DNA of 64,000 nt from Mobula hypostoma (lineage: Eukaryota). The stretch spans positions 83,020,001 through 83,084,000 of the forward strand of contig NC_086097.1 of the NCBI RefSeq assembly GCF_963921235.1, in the 5' to 3' direction. Below the pieces are notes generated by a model that had not been told where the DNA came from, made no database searches, and saw nothing but the letters and a program-made list of their open reading frames with translations. Positions 39,955 to 51,754 of the stretch are shown here, piece by piece. A program made the translations under genes and the position numbers. The first letter of the stretch is position 1. Each line of letters begins with the position of its first letter.

Positions 39955-40879
39955 TTGAAGTGCAATGGAATCCTGGTTCTAATCACATATAGAAGATAAA
40001 CAGTCCTAAATCTTTTAGAGGTTATAGAAGAAGTCTCTTTAGCCAATAATGGTTATAGTGAGGAACTTATCACCACAAAGAGTGATGTAGAGGAACAGCA
40101 TAGAGGGTTTTAGGAAAAAGTTGGATAACATTGTGAAGTATGTTGGTACAGAAGGTTATGCTGATAGGTTTGGATGAACTTGGAAGGTTGGCAAGGAAAT
40201 TACCACAGGGCAGTTAGACTGACTGCTCTGTTTCAATGACCCCCTCAGACAAAGGCATTCAGTCCAGTCAATCACGTGCAATATCGACGGGTTCTTAATA
40301 AGTTTTGTATGTCTTAGCCGAGTTACTAAAGGAAGTACAAAACTGATTCCACAGACAGTACGTGTCTTTAACAGTGATGTCACAGTCTCCTTTAAATGCT
40401 TTATTCAAACAGTGTAGATCATATTATCTAATTGGACATAAAAGAAAATAACATTAACTGCTATACAGCTGTCAATGCACTTTCCCCCTCTAGTTACAGT
40501 CATTAATTTATCGGTTATAATCCTGGTTGAGAATCATTAACTAGCAAAAGTTCTTCACAGATAAAAATAATCAAAGCTCTCACCGACAATAGCATTGATC
40601 AGATCTCCTAACAAAGTGTTTTATGAACTTGTTACCTTTATCACCCTAACATGTGTATTGAAGGCAAGAATCTTCAGCCACGGTCTCATCATCTGACAAC
40701 TATTTCAATTTATGTTGTTTTTGACTTAGAGTGAAATGCCCATGGCTAATGTATGAGACTCCATAATATGACTGGAATTAAGATAATGATAAACATGTCC
40801 AGTTGCATTGGCCAAGACACGTTGTTCACATGCCTAACTAAATTTCCAGAGCTTTCAACTGTGGCAACTGGTGGTTGGA

Positions 40880-42170
40880 TACTGTAATGGAAACAAAGTA
40901 GACAACCAGTACCTTCTCCCAGAGTGGCAGTGGCGTTAACAGAGAACATCTATTTAGGGTAAGTGGAGGAAACTTTAGGGGTTTTTACACAGAGAGTGAT
41001 GGGAACCTGGAACATACTGCCAGGGGTGGTGGTAATAGCTGATTTAACCATTTAAAAGAACAAAAGAATAGGTACGTAGATGTAAAAGAAATGGAGGGTT
41101 ATGGGGTGTGTAGGAGGGAAGGGAAAGGTTGTCACAACATCATCCTTCTATGAGCTACATATATGAGTTTGTAGAGTCATAGAGTTGCAGATCTGTACAG
41201 CACAAAAACAGGCCCTTCGGCCCTACTCATCCATACTAACCAAAGTGCCTACCTGAGTCAGTCCCATTTTCTTATGTTTAGATAATATCCTCCTGAAGGT
41301 TTCTTATATCTGTACATGCAGCTGTCCAAATGTCTTTTAACTATTGTAATTGTACCTACCTCTAACACTTTTTCTGCCAGCTTGTTACAGACACCCACCT
41401 CTCTCTGTGTGAAAGTGTTGCCCTTCAGGTTCCCCTCTCACCTACAAATTATGCTCTCTAGTTTTAGACTCCCCTACTCATGAAGACTGTGACATTCCAG
41501 CTATCTGTGTTCCTCACGATTTAGTAAACATCAAAGGTCAGCCTTCAGCTTCCTACATTCATGGAAACTAGTCCCAGTCTATCCAGTCTCGCCTTATAAC
41601 TCAGTCCTCCATACCTAGCAAGTCCATGAAGACATGAACACTGTCCCATTAATCCTCCTTTTTGCATGATTTATTTATTTTTTGTTAGTTATAGGATTTT
41701 TATATATTTGAACTGTACCGTTGCCACAAAAAAAAGATTCATCTCATTTAAGTCAGTGACAATAAATCTGATTCCATTTCTGATTCTGTCATTCTTGTGA
41801 ATATCTTTTTTTCCCCCTGACTCACCATCTTGATCACATTCTGTCTATAGTTAGACAGTCAGGACTATACACAATATCTCAAGCTGATGTTAGTAATGTT
41901 ACAGATGCAGCATTACATCCCAAATCTTGTACTCAGCACTTCGATTGATGAAGGCAAGTGTGCCATACGCATCCATTGCCACCCTGCCTAGTTGTGTTGC
42001 AAGTATTTGCACTCCAAAACTTCCTGGGACTACTGCCATTCACTGTGAATGTCTGATTACGGGTTTATGCAGCATTCGGAAAGCTGATGGTGGCTGGGAA
42101 GAAACTGTTCCTGAAATATTGAGTGTGGTTCAGACTCCTGCACCTTCCTCCCAATGGTAGTAACCAAAAC
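40880..42170. mobile_element. Cluster of decayed CR1 and Rex1/Babar 3' fragments on both strands
   Basis: CR1 3' motifs (tttacacagagagtgatggg; cagcacaaaaacaggcccttcggccc) and a Rex tail gacaataaatctgattc. Confidence 0.65.
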
Positions 42171-42898
42171 AATTTGGTTGCTCATGTCATCTTGATTCCA
42201 AAACAGTGTCCACAATCATATGCATCCAGAAATGGGCTCTGGTAGCTTCAGAAAACCAGTGACAGCCATGACCAATTCAAAGCAATGCAGACTTTAAAAC
42301 GTCCTGTGGGAAGTATTTTGGTGGATTAATAACCATCCACATGAAAAAGATATTTGCCAGCTTTTTGACGATAAGTTCCTTTCACTCTCCTTTGCTGTCA
42401 CAGTACAGCCTAGGATTGTAGATCGGAAGGTGTGAAATGAGTTAATAAATAAATATGACATCACACTTCCCATCCAGGAGAACTCTCTCTCCTTGGTGTA
42501 TTCATACATTAATAAGATGCAATTCATCTGATAGAGCCAGTATTTTTATTTGCTCCCAAATATAGAACTTGATTTGAGGCCATTTTCACTAACAAGTCCA
42601 AATTAATGTCACTTAACATCTTTGCAAGGTAAATGGGATGTCTTTTTTAAGAATGATTCTGCAGAAATTCAGACTAGATAGAATCATAGAATAACAGAAA
42701 TCTACGATCTCAACCGAACAACTTTTAGCAATGCAATATTAGCTCAAAACACACAGTGCTTCAGGTTCTGGAGTGAAGCAAACCTCCAAGCTCTTCACTC
42801 AGAATCAATAGTTACAACATATAAACAATGGGAAGGGTAACCATAAGCCAATCTAGCTATTTCCAGATTATCTGTATGTTAGAAAGACACTTCCAACT

Positions 42899-44890
42899 CT
42901 TCTTCTTCTTCTTCTTCTTCTTCGTCGTTTTATGGCGGTTGGCAACCAGTTTTCAGTGCATTACCGCCACCTGCTAGACTTGTGGTGTTCCAACCAAATA
43001 CATCCTGGAGTTCTCTACTTTAGACAATATGGTTCAGCCTGCAGTTCTCTATTAGCTTCACTCTGTAGTTGCAATTCCTCGTGAATGCTTAATGCACTCA
43101 ATAGATAATGCAGCAAACTGCTATTCTGCTATTCAAACTAATTATGTCACATGTTTTTGTGTAGTTGCATTACCTCAATTACATTGATTTCATCAACATC
43201 ACTTGTAAGACTAAAATAGTCTTGTTAAAGAATAGTAATTATCGCACGTTGTACTTTTAAAATTGCTGTTTTTCCAAGTCTATCTGCTATCTACAGACGC
43301 CACACTCTATCTGCTTTTTCATGTTTTCCTTTTCTTTGATTGTAGCCTGCAGTTGTTTACTGAGACCTCAGAGTTCTTCTTCATTTGCTTCCATGTTTTC
43401 ATTTTACAATCTGAATGTAGATAATTCACTTTGCAACAACTTTCTTTTCCTTTTGTATCCTTGTAATAATTTCCTCCATTTTACAATCTCTTTCCAACTC
43501 ACCGTTGTTCTTGTCGGGTACCTCTTTGTTGTTGGATTTCTGCACACTTACCCTGGGCTTCAACCATAAAATCTGAGGATTTTCCTTAAAGTCTGAAACA
43601 TTTCTTAAATTCTTGACCATTTACGACAAACATACTGCCATCTCCCCTGCCTGTGAACTGCTGGATCCTCCATTCAGCGTTTCTTTGACTTTTTCCCACC
43701 TAATTCCTTTAATACCAAGATACTTTTCTGCAGACTTGATGATAATTTTAATGTTCTCAGTTCTTTTGCTTGTTTGCGCTGAACAATTAATTGCATCCTC
43801 CATAAAAAGCATGAACTCCTTTCTACTCATTAATAGTGTATCCTTATTTTTCTTATTACAGCTCTCACAATTCACCAGTTTATTATTCCCTGTATTTGTT
43901 TGCCTGACAGCCTTTTTTTCAGCAAATTCTTTCACTGCCTCTGCATAACTGATTCCTTGAGTTACTTTTACATATTGTATCTCAGCCGCCTTCTTGCTAT
44001 AAATGCACCCTCGATAAGCTGCGCTGTGTTCCTCGCCACAATTGCAGCATTTCAGCCTAGCTCCCGCTTCACATTTCCCATATTCATGTTCTCCAGCGCA
44101 TCTCCCACACCCTTTGTTTTCCTCTGCAGACTGCCGCAATGTGCCCGAATTTCTGACATTTATAGCATCTTAAAGAAGGTGGTATATATATTCTAACTGC
44201 ATAACACATATGCCCTAAGTAAACGTTAGTCGGTAATCTCTCGTCATCAAAGCTAATCATTACCGATTAACTATCACACTTTTTCCCATTTCTTGTAACT
44301 TTCAAACATTTGGCCTCAATAATTTTTGCTCCTTTTATGTTCTGTTTAATCTCACCCATAGTATCTTTTGTTGGTATTCCCGAAATAACTCCTTTAGTCC
44401 ACTTTCTATTGGTGGGTATTGAGCATTGTACTTCTTTGCCATCTATTTTACATAATCTTATCACTTTGCCTTGCTGAGCACTATCCCGACAAATCACTAA
44501 TAACGATCCATTTCATAAAATCTTTGCTCCTTTAATCTCGCCTATAATTTTGTTGAGCATCTTCGTCAAACGAATCGGGTTCCAGTCACCAAAAGACGCC
44601 CCGTCTTCACTTAGTTTTATAATTGCTTTAATCTCATCTTCTTTCCATTGTTTTGCTGTCCTGCTTTGATCATCCGCTGACTCCTCAGAGTTTGATATCC
44701 CGTAGCTGTGCTTTCTTTTCTTCCTCTTTCCATTCCGTTCCTCTTCCCCGCCGACCTCCATCTCTAGTTCACTTCCACTTTCACCAAAAACTTTCTTCAA
44801 CAGCTTGGCTCTTTCCTTGATGTTCTCTCTCTCTCCACCATTTTCCAGTCACAACTCGACTCTCTTTCCACAACCAGCAGCCCTGCTCAC
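42899..44890 (-). mobile_element. Non-autonomous Nimb/I-group-like non-LTR element: ORF1, non-RT cargo, (AAG)n tail
   Basis: Three-knuckle gag-like ORF1; 3' end ggcggtaatgcac...ttgccaaccgccataaaacgacgaagaagaag; no APE/RT motifs between ORF1 and the tail. Confidence 0.75.
43621..44800 (-). pseudogene. Gag-like ORF1 nucleic-acid-binding protein (disrupted; pieces 44513-44800, 44267-44497, 43621-44139)
   Basis: KGVISGIP RRM-like segment; knuckles CYKCQKFGHIAAVC, CGRCAGEHEYGKC, CCNCGEEHSAAYRGC; ISYAEAVK. Confidence 0.85.
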
Positions 44891-44944
44891 TTCTATTGCT
44901 TGAGGCAAGGTAGACAATTTAATTAATTTATTTATTGATTAATT

Positions 44945-45185
44945 GATTGATTAATTCGAGCTGCACCACCCAGCAACCCCCAATTTAACCCTAGCCTAAC
45001 CACAGGGCAATTTACAATCAGCTACTTTGGGCTGTCGGAGGAAACTGGACCAGCCAGAGGAAACCCTCACATTCCACAGGGAGGACTTACAGACTCCCTA
45101 CAGATGACATCAGGACTGAACGCCAAACTGCAACACCACAAGCTGTAATGGTGCACGCTAACCACTGTGTTACCGTGGCACAGTG
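44945..45185 (-). mobile_element. V-SINE copy
   Basis: Homologous to 26020-26295 (ggaggaaactgga...gctgtaatggtgcacgctaaccactgtgttaccgtg). Confidence 0.7.
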
Positions 45186-46088
45186 CAATTGCTTGAAGCT
45201 ATCACCATAGAATAGAAAAAAATAAAAAGGAACGTCTATTTTCTGGGCACTTTTGGAAGGGAGTCAAAGGAGGGGAGTACAATCGTAAATTGACAAGCCT
45301 TTTACACTAACTATCCAATAAAATTAGATTTGGTGAAATCCAACACTTATTTTAAAAAATACTTGTACTTCTATGTTTGTTAATTTTTTGGCAAAATAGT
45401 AAAACTGTAAAATATAACGTACTTGTTACAAACACCTGTTAGGGTGCATTCTCCAGTTACCTTATAAGGTAACCATAGCCTTCAGCCAGGAGCAGATGCA
45501 ATCAGGTGGTTCTCAACCTTCACGGAGTGTTTCAACCCTTAACCATGACACTATCCAGTTGGTGGGCTGGCAGTGGTGGCCAAATCACTGCCCATCTGTT
45601 CCTGGCTTCCAGCTCCCCTCCTTTTGCCTACTCCGAATTCAACAAGAGGCTCATTCTGACTCTTCCCCCATCTACGAGCAGCTTGTTTTTTCCTTTCGTC
45701 CAGGCTCAGATCTGACAACAATCGCCATGCTGGTTTGGCTGGGAAACCTCTGCAGCCGATTTCCACAGGGAACAACCATGCCTGCCATCCCTTGTCTTTA
45801 CACTCCTGCACTAAGGGCTGGTACTTCAAGGCCTTTCTCTCGTGGGCCTCTTTCCATCCCTCCTCCCTCCTCCCACGGCACAGTCAACCAGAATTATTTT
45901 CTTGCTTCAGTCGAAGCAAGCAGCTGAGAAGGAGTGAAGAAATCGGGTAGAAAAAGTCATTTTTTTTTTAAACACTGCTCGGGGAGAAGGGTCTGCACTG
46001 TAGTGCGCAAAGGTTTAAAAAGCAGACCAACATATACAGTGGCCATCGTTGTAGCAGCCATCGTCAGAGTGGACTGAGTCAGAGTGGG

Positions 46089-47118
46089 ATGGCTTTGGCT
46101 CAAACAGGCTTCGGCGAGAACAGGCAGAGGCCAGGGTATGTTCCGGTAAGTTTTTTGTTCAGATTGTTTAGTGCAGTGAGAATGCCAGGCAGGATGTTGG
46201 AATGCTCCTCTTGCAGGATGTGGGAAGTCAGGGAGCCCTCCGGTGTCCCTGACAATGACACCTGCAAGAAGTGCATCCAGCTGCAGCTCCTGACAAACCG
46301 CGTTAGGGAACTGGAGCAGGAGCTGGATGACCTGCGGGTCATTCGGGAGAATGAGGAGATTATAGATAGTAGCTACAGGGAGGTAGTTACACCAAAGGAG
46401 CAGAGGACAGGAAATTGGGTCACTGTCAGGCGAGGGAAGAGGAAAGGGCAGGCAGAGCAGGGTTCCCCTGTGGCCATTCACCTCAACAACAAGTATACCG
46501 CATTGGATACTATTGGGGGGGGATGACTTACCTGGGACTAGCTGCAGTAGCCGGATCTCTGGCACTGAGTCTGGCTCTGCAGTGCAGAAGGGAGGGGGGA
46601 GAAAGAGGAGAGCGGTAGTAATAGGGGACTCGATAGTTAGAGGTGCAGATAGAAGGTTCTGTGGTCATGACAGAGAATCCAGGATGGTTTGTTGCCTCCC
46701 AGGTGCCAGGGTCAAGGATGTCTCTGATCGATTGCATGACATTCTGAAGTGGGAGGGTGACCAGCCAGATGTCGTGGTGCACATCGGTACCAATGACATA
46801 GCAAGGAAGAGTGAAGAGGTCCTGGACATTGAGTATAGAGAGCTTGGTAGGGAGTTGAAAAGCAGGACCTCAATGGTGGTAATCTCAGGATTGCTACCTG
46901 TGCTAGGTGCCAATGAGGGTAGGAATAGGATGCTCTGGAGGAGGAACAAGTGGATGAGGAACTGGTGTAGGGGGCAGGGTTTCAGATTTCAGGATCATTG
47001 GGACCTCTTCTGGGGCAGGTGGGACCTGTACAAGAGAGACGGGTTACACTTGAACCACAGGGGGACCAATATCCTTTCAGGGAGGTTTGTTAGTGCTATT
47101 GGGGAGGCTTTAAACTAG
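46089..47118 (+). pseudogene. CR1 ORF1: zinc finger, coiled coil and SGNH esterase-like domain (frameshift in the G8 run ~46515-46522)
   Basis: CSSC...CKKC, LTNRVRELEQELDDL, VIGDSIVRG, LPGA, VHIGTND, DGLHL. Confidence 0.9.
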
Positions 47119-47120
47119 AT

Positions 47121-49718
47121 TTGCAGGGGGATGGGAACCAAAGTGCCAGAGCTGACAGTGTGGCTGGGGTGAAAATAAATGATGTTGAAAGTTTAAGCAA
47201 ATCCGCTGATAGAAAGGTTGTGAGCGGTGGTAAAAATCTTCTGAGGTGTATACATTTCAATGCTAGGAGTATTACGGGGAAGGCGGATGAGTTGAGGGCG
47301 TGGATTGACACGTGGAATTATGATGTTGTAGCAATTAGTGAAACTTGGCTACAGGAGGGGCAGGACTGGCAGCTTAATATTCCAGGGTTCCGATGTTTCA
47401 GATGTGATCGAGGCAGAGGAATGAAAGGTGGGGGAGTAGCATTGCTTGTTAGGGAAAATATTACAGCAGTGCTCAAGCAGGACAGATTAGAGGGCTTGTC
47501 TACTGAGTCCTTATGGGTGGAGCTGAGAAACAGGAAAGGTATGGCCACGTTAGTGGGATTGTATTACAGACCACCCAAAAGTCAACGAGACTTGGAAGAG
47601 CAAATCTGCAGAGAGATAGCAGGCAACTGCAGGAAACATAAAGTTGCGGTGGTAGGGGATTTTAATTTTCCATACATTGATTGGGACTCCCATACTGTTA
47701 GGGGTCTAGATGGTTTAGAGTTTGTAAAATGTGTTCAGGAAAGTTTTCTAAATCAATATATAGAGGGACCAACTAGAGGGGATACAATATTGGATCTCCG
47801 GTTAGGTAACGAATTAGGGCAAGTGACTGAAGTCTGTGTAGGTTCAAAGTATGATCACTTTGGTTTCAGTGATCATAACACCATTAGTTTCAATTTGATC
47901 ATGGACAAGGATAGATCTGATCCTAGGGTTGAGGTTCTGAACAGGAAGAAGGCCAAATTTGAAGAAATGAGAAAGGATCTAAAAAGCGTGGATTGGGACA
48001 GGTTGTTCTCTGGCAAAGATGTGATTGGTAGGTGGGAAGCCTTCAAAGGGGAAATTTTGAGAGTGCAGAGTTTGTATGTTCCTGTCAGGATTAAAGGCAA
48101 ATTGAATAGGAATAAGGAACCTTGGTTCTCAAGGGATATTGCAACTCTGATAAAGAAGAAGAGGCAGTTGTATGAAATGTATAGGAAACAGGGAGTAAAT
48201 CAGGTGCTTGAGGAGTATAAGAAGTGCAAGAAAATACTTAAGAAAGAAATCAGGAGGGCTAAAAGAAGACATGAGATTGCCTTGGCAGTCAAAGTGAAGG
48301 ATAATCCAAAGAGCTTTTACAAGTATATTAAGAGCAAAAGGATTGTAAGGGATAAAATTGGTCCTCTTGAAGATCAGAGTGGTCGGCTTTGTGCGGAACC
48401 AAAGGAAATGGGGGAGATCTTAAATAGGTTTTTTGCGTCTGTATTTACTAAGGAAGCTGGCATGAAATCTATGGAATTGAGGGAATCAAGTAGTGAGACC
48501 ATGGAAACTGTACAGATTGAAAAGGAGGAGGTGCTTGCTGTCTTGAGGAAAATTAAAGTGGATAAATCCCCGGGACCTGACAGAGTGTTCTCTTGGACCT
48601 TGAAGGAGACTAGTGTTGAAATTGCAGGGGCCCTAGCAGAAATATTTAAAATGTCGCTGTCTACAGGTGAGGTGCCGGAGGATTGGAGAGTGGCTCATGT
48701 TGTTCCGTTGTTTAAAAAAGGATCGAAAAGTAATCCGGGAAACTATAGGCTGGTGAGTTTAACGTCAGTAGTAGGTAAGTTATTGGAGGGAGTACTAAGA
48801 GACAGAATCTACAAGCATTTGGATAGACAGGGGCTTATTAGGGAGAGTCAACATGGCTTTGTGCGTGGTAGGTCATGTTTGACCAATCTGTTGGAGTTTT
48901 TCGAGGAGGTTACCAGGAAAGTGGATGAAGGGAAGGCAGTGGATATTGTCTACATGGACTTCAGTAAGGCCTTTGACAAGGTTCCGCATGGGAGGTTAGT
49001 TAGGAAAATTCAGTCGCTAGGTATACATGGAGAGGTGGTAAATTGGATTAGACATTGGCTCGATGGAAGAAGCCAGAGAGTGGTGGTAGAGAATTGCTTC
49101 TCTGAGTGGAGGCCTGTGACTAGTGGTGTGACACAGGGATCAGTGCTGGGTCCATTGTTATTTGTCATCTATATCAATGATCTGGATGATAATGTGGTAA
49201 ATTGGATCAGCAAGTTTGCTGATGATACAAAGATTGGAGGTGTAGTAGACAGTGAGGAAGGTTTTCAGAGCCTGCAGAGGGACTTGGACCAGCTGGAAAA
49301 ATGGGCTGAAAAATGGCAGATGGAGTTTAATACTGACAAGTGTGAGGTAGTGCACGTTGGAAGGACAAACCAACGTAGAACATACAGGGTTAATGGTAAG
49401 GCACTGAGGAGTGCGGTGGAACAGAGGGATCTGGGAATACAGATACAAAATTCCCTAAACGTGTCGTCACAGGTAGATAGGGTCGTAAAGAGAGCTTTTG
49501 GTACATTGGCCTTTATTAATCCAAGTATTGAGTATAAGAGCTGGAATGTTATGCTGAGGTTGTATAAGGCATTGGTGAGGCCAGATCTGGAGTATTGTGT
49601 TCAGTTTTGGTCACCAAATTACAGGAAGGATATAAATAAGGTTGAAAGAGTGCAGAGAAGGTTTACAAGGATGTTGCCGGGACTAGAGAAACTAATGCAA
49701 GCAGGCTTTTTCCACTGA
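47121..49718 (+). CDS. CR1 ORF2 (APE endonuclease and RT), 865 aa open; C-terminus lost to an internal deletion/frameshift
   Basis: NARS, ISETW, GDFN, SDH; PGPD, SQHGF, YMDFSKAFDKV, QGSVLGP, FADDTK. Confidence 0.93.
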   Translation: MQGDGNQSARADSVAGVKINDVESLSKSADRKVVSGGKNLLRCIHFNARSITGKADELRAWIDTWNYDVVAISETWLQEGQDWQLNIPGFRCFRCDRGRGMKGGGVALLVRENITAVLKQDRLEGLSTESLWVELRNRKGMATLVGLYYRPPKSQRDLEEQICREIAGNCRKHKVAVVGDFNFPYIDWDSHTVRGLDGLEFVKCVQESFLNQYIEGPTRGDTILDLRLGNELGQVTEVCVGSKYDHFGFSDHNTISFNLIMDKDRSDPRVEVLNRKKAKFEEMRKDLKSVDWDRLFSGKDVIGRWEAFKGEILRVQSLYVPVRIKGKLNRNKEPWFSRDIATLIKKKRQLYEMYRKQGVNQVLEEYKKCKKILKKEIRRAKRRHEIALAVKVKDNPKSFYKYIKSKRIVRDKIGPLEDQSGRLCAEPKEMGEILNRFFASVFTKEAGMKSMELRESSSETMETVQIEKEEVLAVLRKIKVDKSPGPDRVFSWTLKETSVEIAGALAEIFKMSLSTGEVPEDWRVAHVVPLFKKGSKSNPGNYRLVSLTSVVGKLLEGVLRDRIYKHLDRQGLIRESQHGFVRGRSCLTNLLEFFEEVTRKVDEGKAVDIVYMDFSKAFDKVPHGRLVRKIQSLGIHGEVVNWIRHWLDGRSQRVVVENCFSEWRPVTSGVTQGSVLGPLLFVIYINDLDDNVVNWISKFADDTKIGGVVDSEEGFQSLQRDLDQLEKWAEKWQMEFNTDKCEVVHVGRTNQRRTYRVNGKALRSAVEQRDLGIQIQNSLNVSSQVDRVVKRAFGTLAFINPSIEYKSWNVMLRLYKALVRPDLEYCVQFWSPNYRKDINKVERVQRRFTRMLPGLEKLMQAGFFH

Positions 49719-51754
49719 GGCAAGGGGAGAAAAAAACCAGAGGACACGGGTTAAGGGTGAGGGGGGAAAAGTTTAAAGGGAACATTAGTGGGGGCTTCTT
49801 CGCACAGAGAGTGGTGGGAGTATGGAATGAGCTGCCAGACGAGGTGGTAAATGCGGGTTCTTTTTTAATATTTAAGAATAAATTGGACAGATACATGGAT
49901 GGGAGTTGTATGGAGGGATATGGTTCGTGTGCAGGTCAGTGGGACTAGGCAGAAAATGGTTCAGCACAGCCAAGAAGGGCCAAAGGGCCTGTTTCTGTGC
50001 TGTAGTTTCTATGGTTCTATGGTTCTATGGTTCGGTTGACCACAGTACAATGTCCGGGTATAGGATTGTGTGCACCACATCCGGGAACTGCAGCCTCCTT
50101 CCCACATCAACCCTCATCTCCCAGGACCTGGCCATTAGCAGCAGATTGGGCTTTGGTTGTTTTGGTTACAAAAGGCCTGGCTCCCTCTTTGATGAAGGTG
50201 ACGGCCTTCCTCAAATCTGTGCCAGCCGTCCTCTTCTTGCATCTCTCCCGCTCTAGTGTGTCAGCAAGAGCCAGAAGCACCTTATCATGGCGCCACCTAT
50301 ACCATCCTTGAGTTAGAGCTGTTTTACACCCGGACAGTATATGAGCCAGTGTCCCCTTTTGACCACAGAGCTTACAGTTCATGTCCTCTCTCATCCCCCA
50401 TGTGTACAGATGTAATGGTGTCATACACGGATCGCAAGAGGAAAGAAATACGGAAGGGCTCCAGTCTCCATAACTCTACCCATGAGATCTTGCGCTTAGG
50501 CAGATCCCATTTTGTCCAGGCACCCTGGGACCCTTGTTCCACTGCCTTTGACATCGCTTCTCTTCCTCACGGATCCGTACTTCTGCCTGTATCATGTCTC
50601 ACCTCTTCCTTATGCTTGTGTTTCCCCACTTCTGGAAGTGAACAGAGCCGAGGCCTTGCTGCCCACTGCAGGGTTTGCCGAGGATATCTCGCAGCTTCAG
50701 AGAACACACTGCCTCCTCCACAGCTGTGATGGCTGCCCACTTGCACCCAGATCTGGTTGTAACGCCTGCTTGCTTTACCAAGACGTCATTGGAATCTCTC
50801 AAGCTTAATAAGGCTCTGCATTTTGCCACCTTGAATTCTTTCACAACAGATGACAAAGGAAGCTGCAATTGCCCAGAACGAATGTAGAGGCCCGCTGAAG
50901 AGAAGCTTGGGGGAAATCCCAACCATCTCCGCAGGTGCTTGTTGGTTTTCCTCTCAATGCCCTCTACGGCAGTCATGGGGAACTCATAAAGTGTGAAGAT
51001 CCTGGGCAGAATACTGGGCAGAATGTCATATTGGTACAGCCAGGTTTGAATTTACCAGGAAGTCCAGATTTGTTGATCTTTTTCAGCCATTCGTCTGTCT
51101 GTTTCACAGCATTGGCCCCATCTGTCAGTGACACATTAAACTACTTCCCCAAGCATTTTGTCAGGTTATCTTCGATGGAAGGGATGTCCTCACCCTGAAC
51201 TTGGAGCCTAAACTTGCTAGTAACTTTGCCCTTTCTGATCACCATGCACCTGGACTTCTTGGCCTTGAAGGACATCCTCGCCCAAGTGGCTGCATTACCC
51301 AGGGTTTCCAATACCCATCTTGCTTGGAAATGTGACACAGTTGTTATAGTGATGTCGTCCATGAACCCTCATACAGCCGGCTGAACAATGCCTGACTCCA
51401 ACATCGGGCCGCGGGTTACACTTCTGCTGCTGGTAATAGGAGGTTCCCATTCCCATAATAAACAGGATGGGGAGATGGTGCACCCTGTTGGAATCCCCTT
51501 CTGGAGGTCCTGCCAACTAGTTGTGAAATGGGCAGATGTAAATCTGAGTTTGAATCCTCCTAGGTAGCTGGTGATCGTGTCTCGAATAGCCACGGGGATG
51601 TAGTAGTGGTCAAGTCCTTCTAGGATGAGGTCATGTGGAATAGACCCATAGGCATTCGCGAGGTCTAACCAGACAACTGTTACAACAGGAAATGTTACAC
51701 ATGAAAGTTGCTGGTGAACGCAGCAGGCCAGGCAGCATCTCTAGGAAGAGGTGC

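Larger units (their letters stand above)
45915..50030 (+). mobile_element. Nearly full-length CR1 LINE nested in the Hero-like RLE domain
   Basis: 5' UTR, ORF1, ORF2, (TTCTATGG)n tail; diverged TSD ttcagtcga (45906-45914) and ttcggttga (50031-50039). Confidence 0.95.

Noticed and set aside
45490..45560. Possible hammerhead in the Hero-like 3' UTR (gaaacac and ctgatt on the minus strand)
   Set aside because: No CUGANGA core in a geometry that forms the three stems
45957..46565. 202-aa minus-strand ORF
   Set aside because: Antisense to the CR1 5' UTR/ORF1; no independent coding evidence
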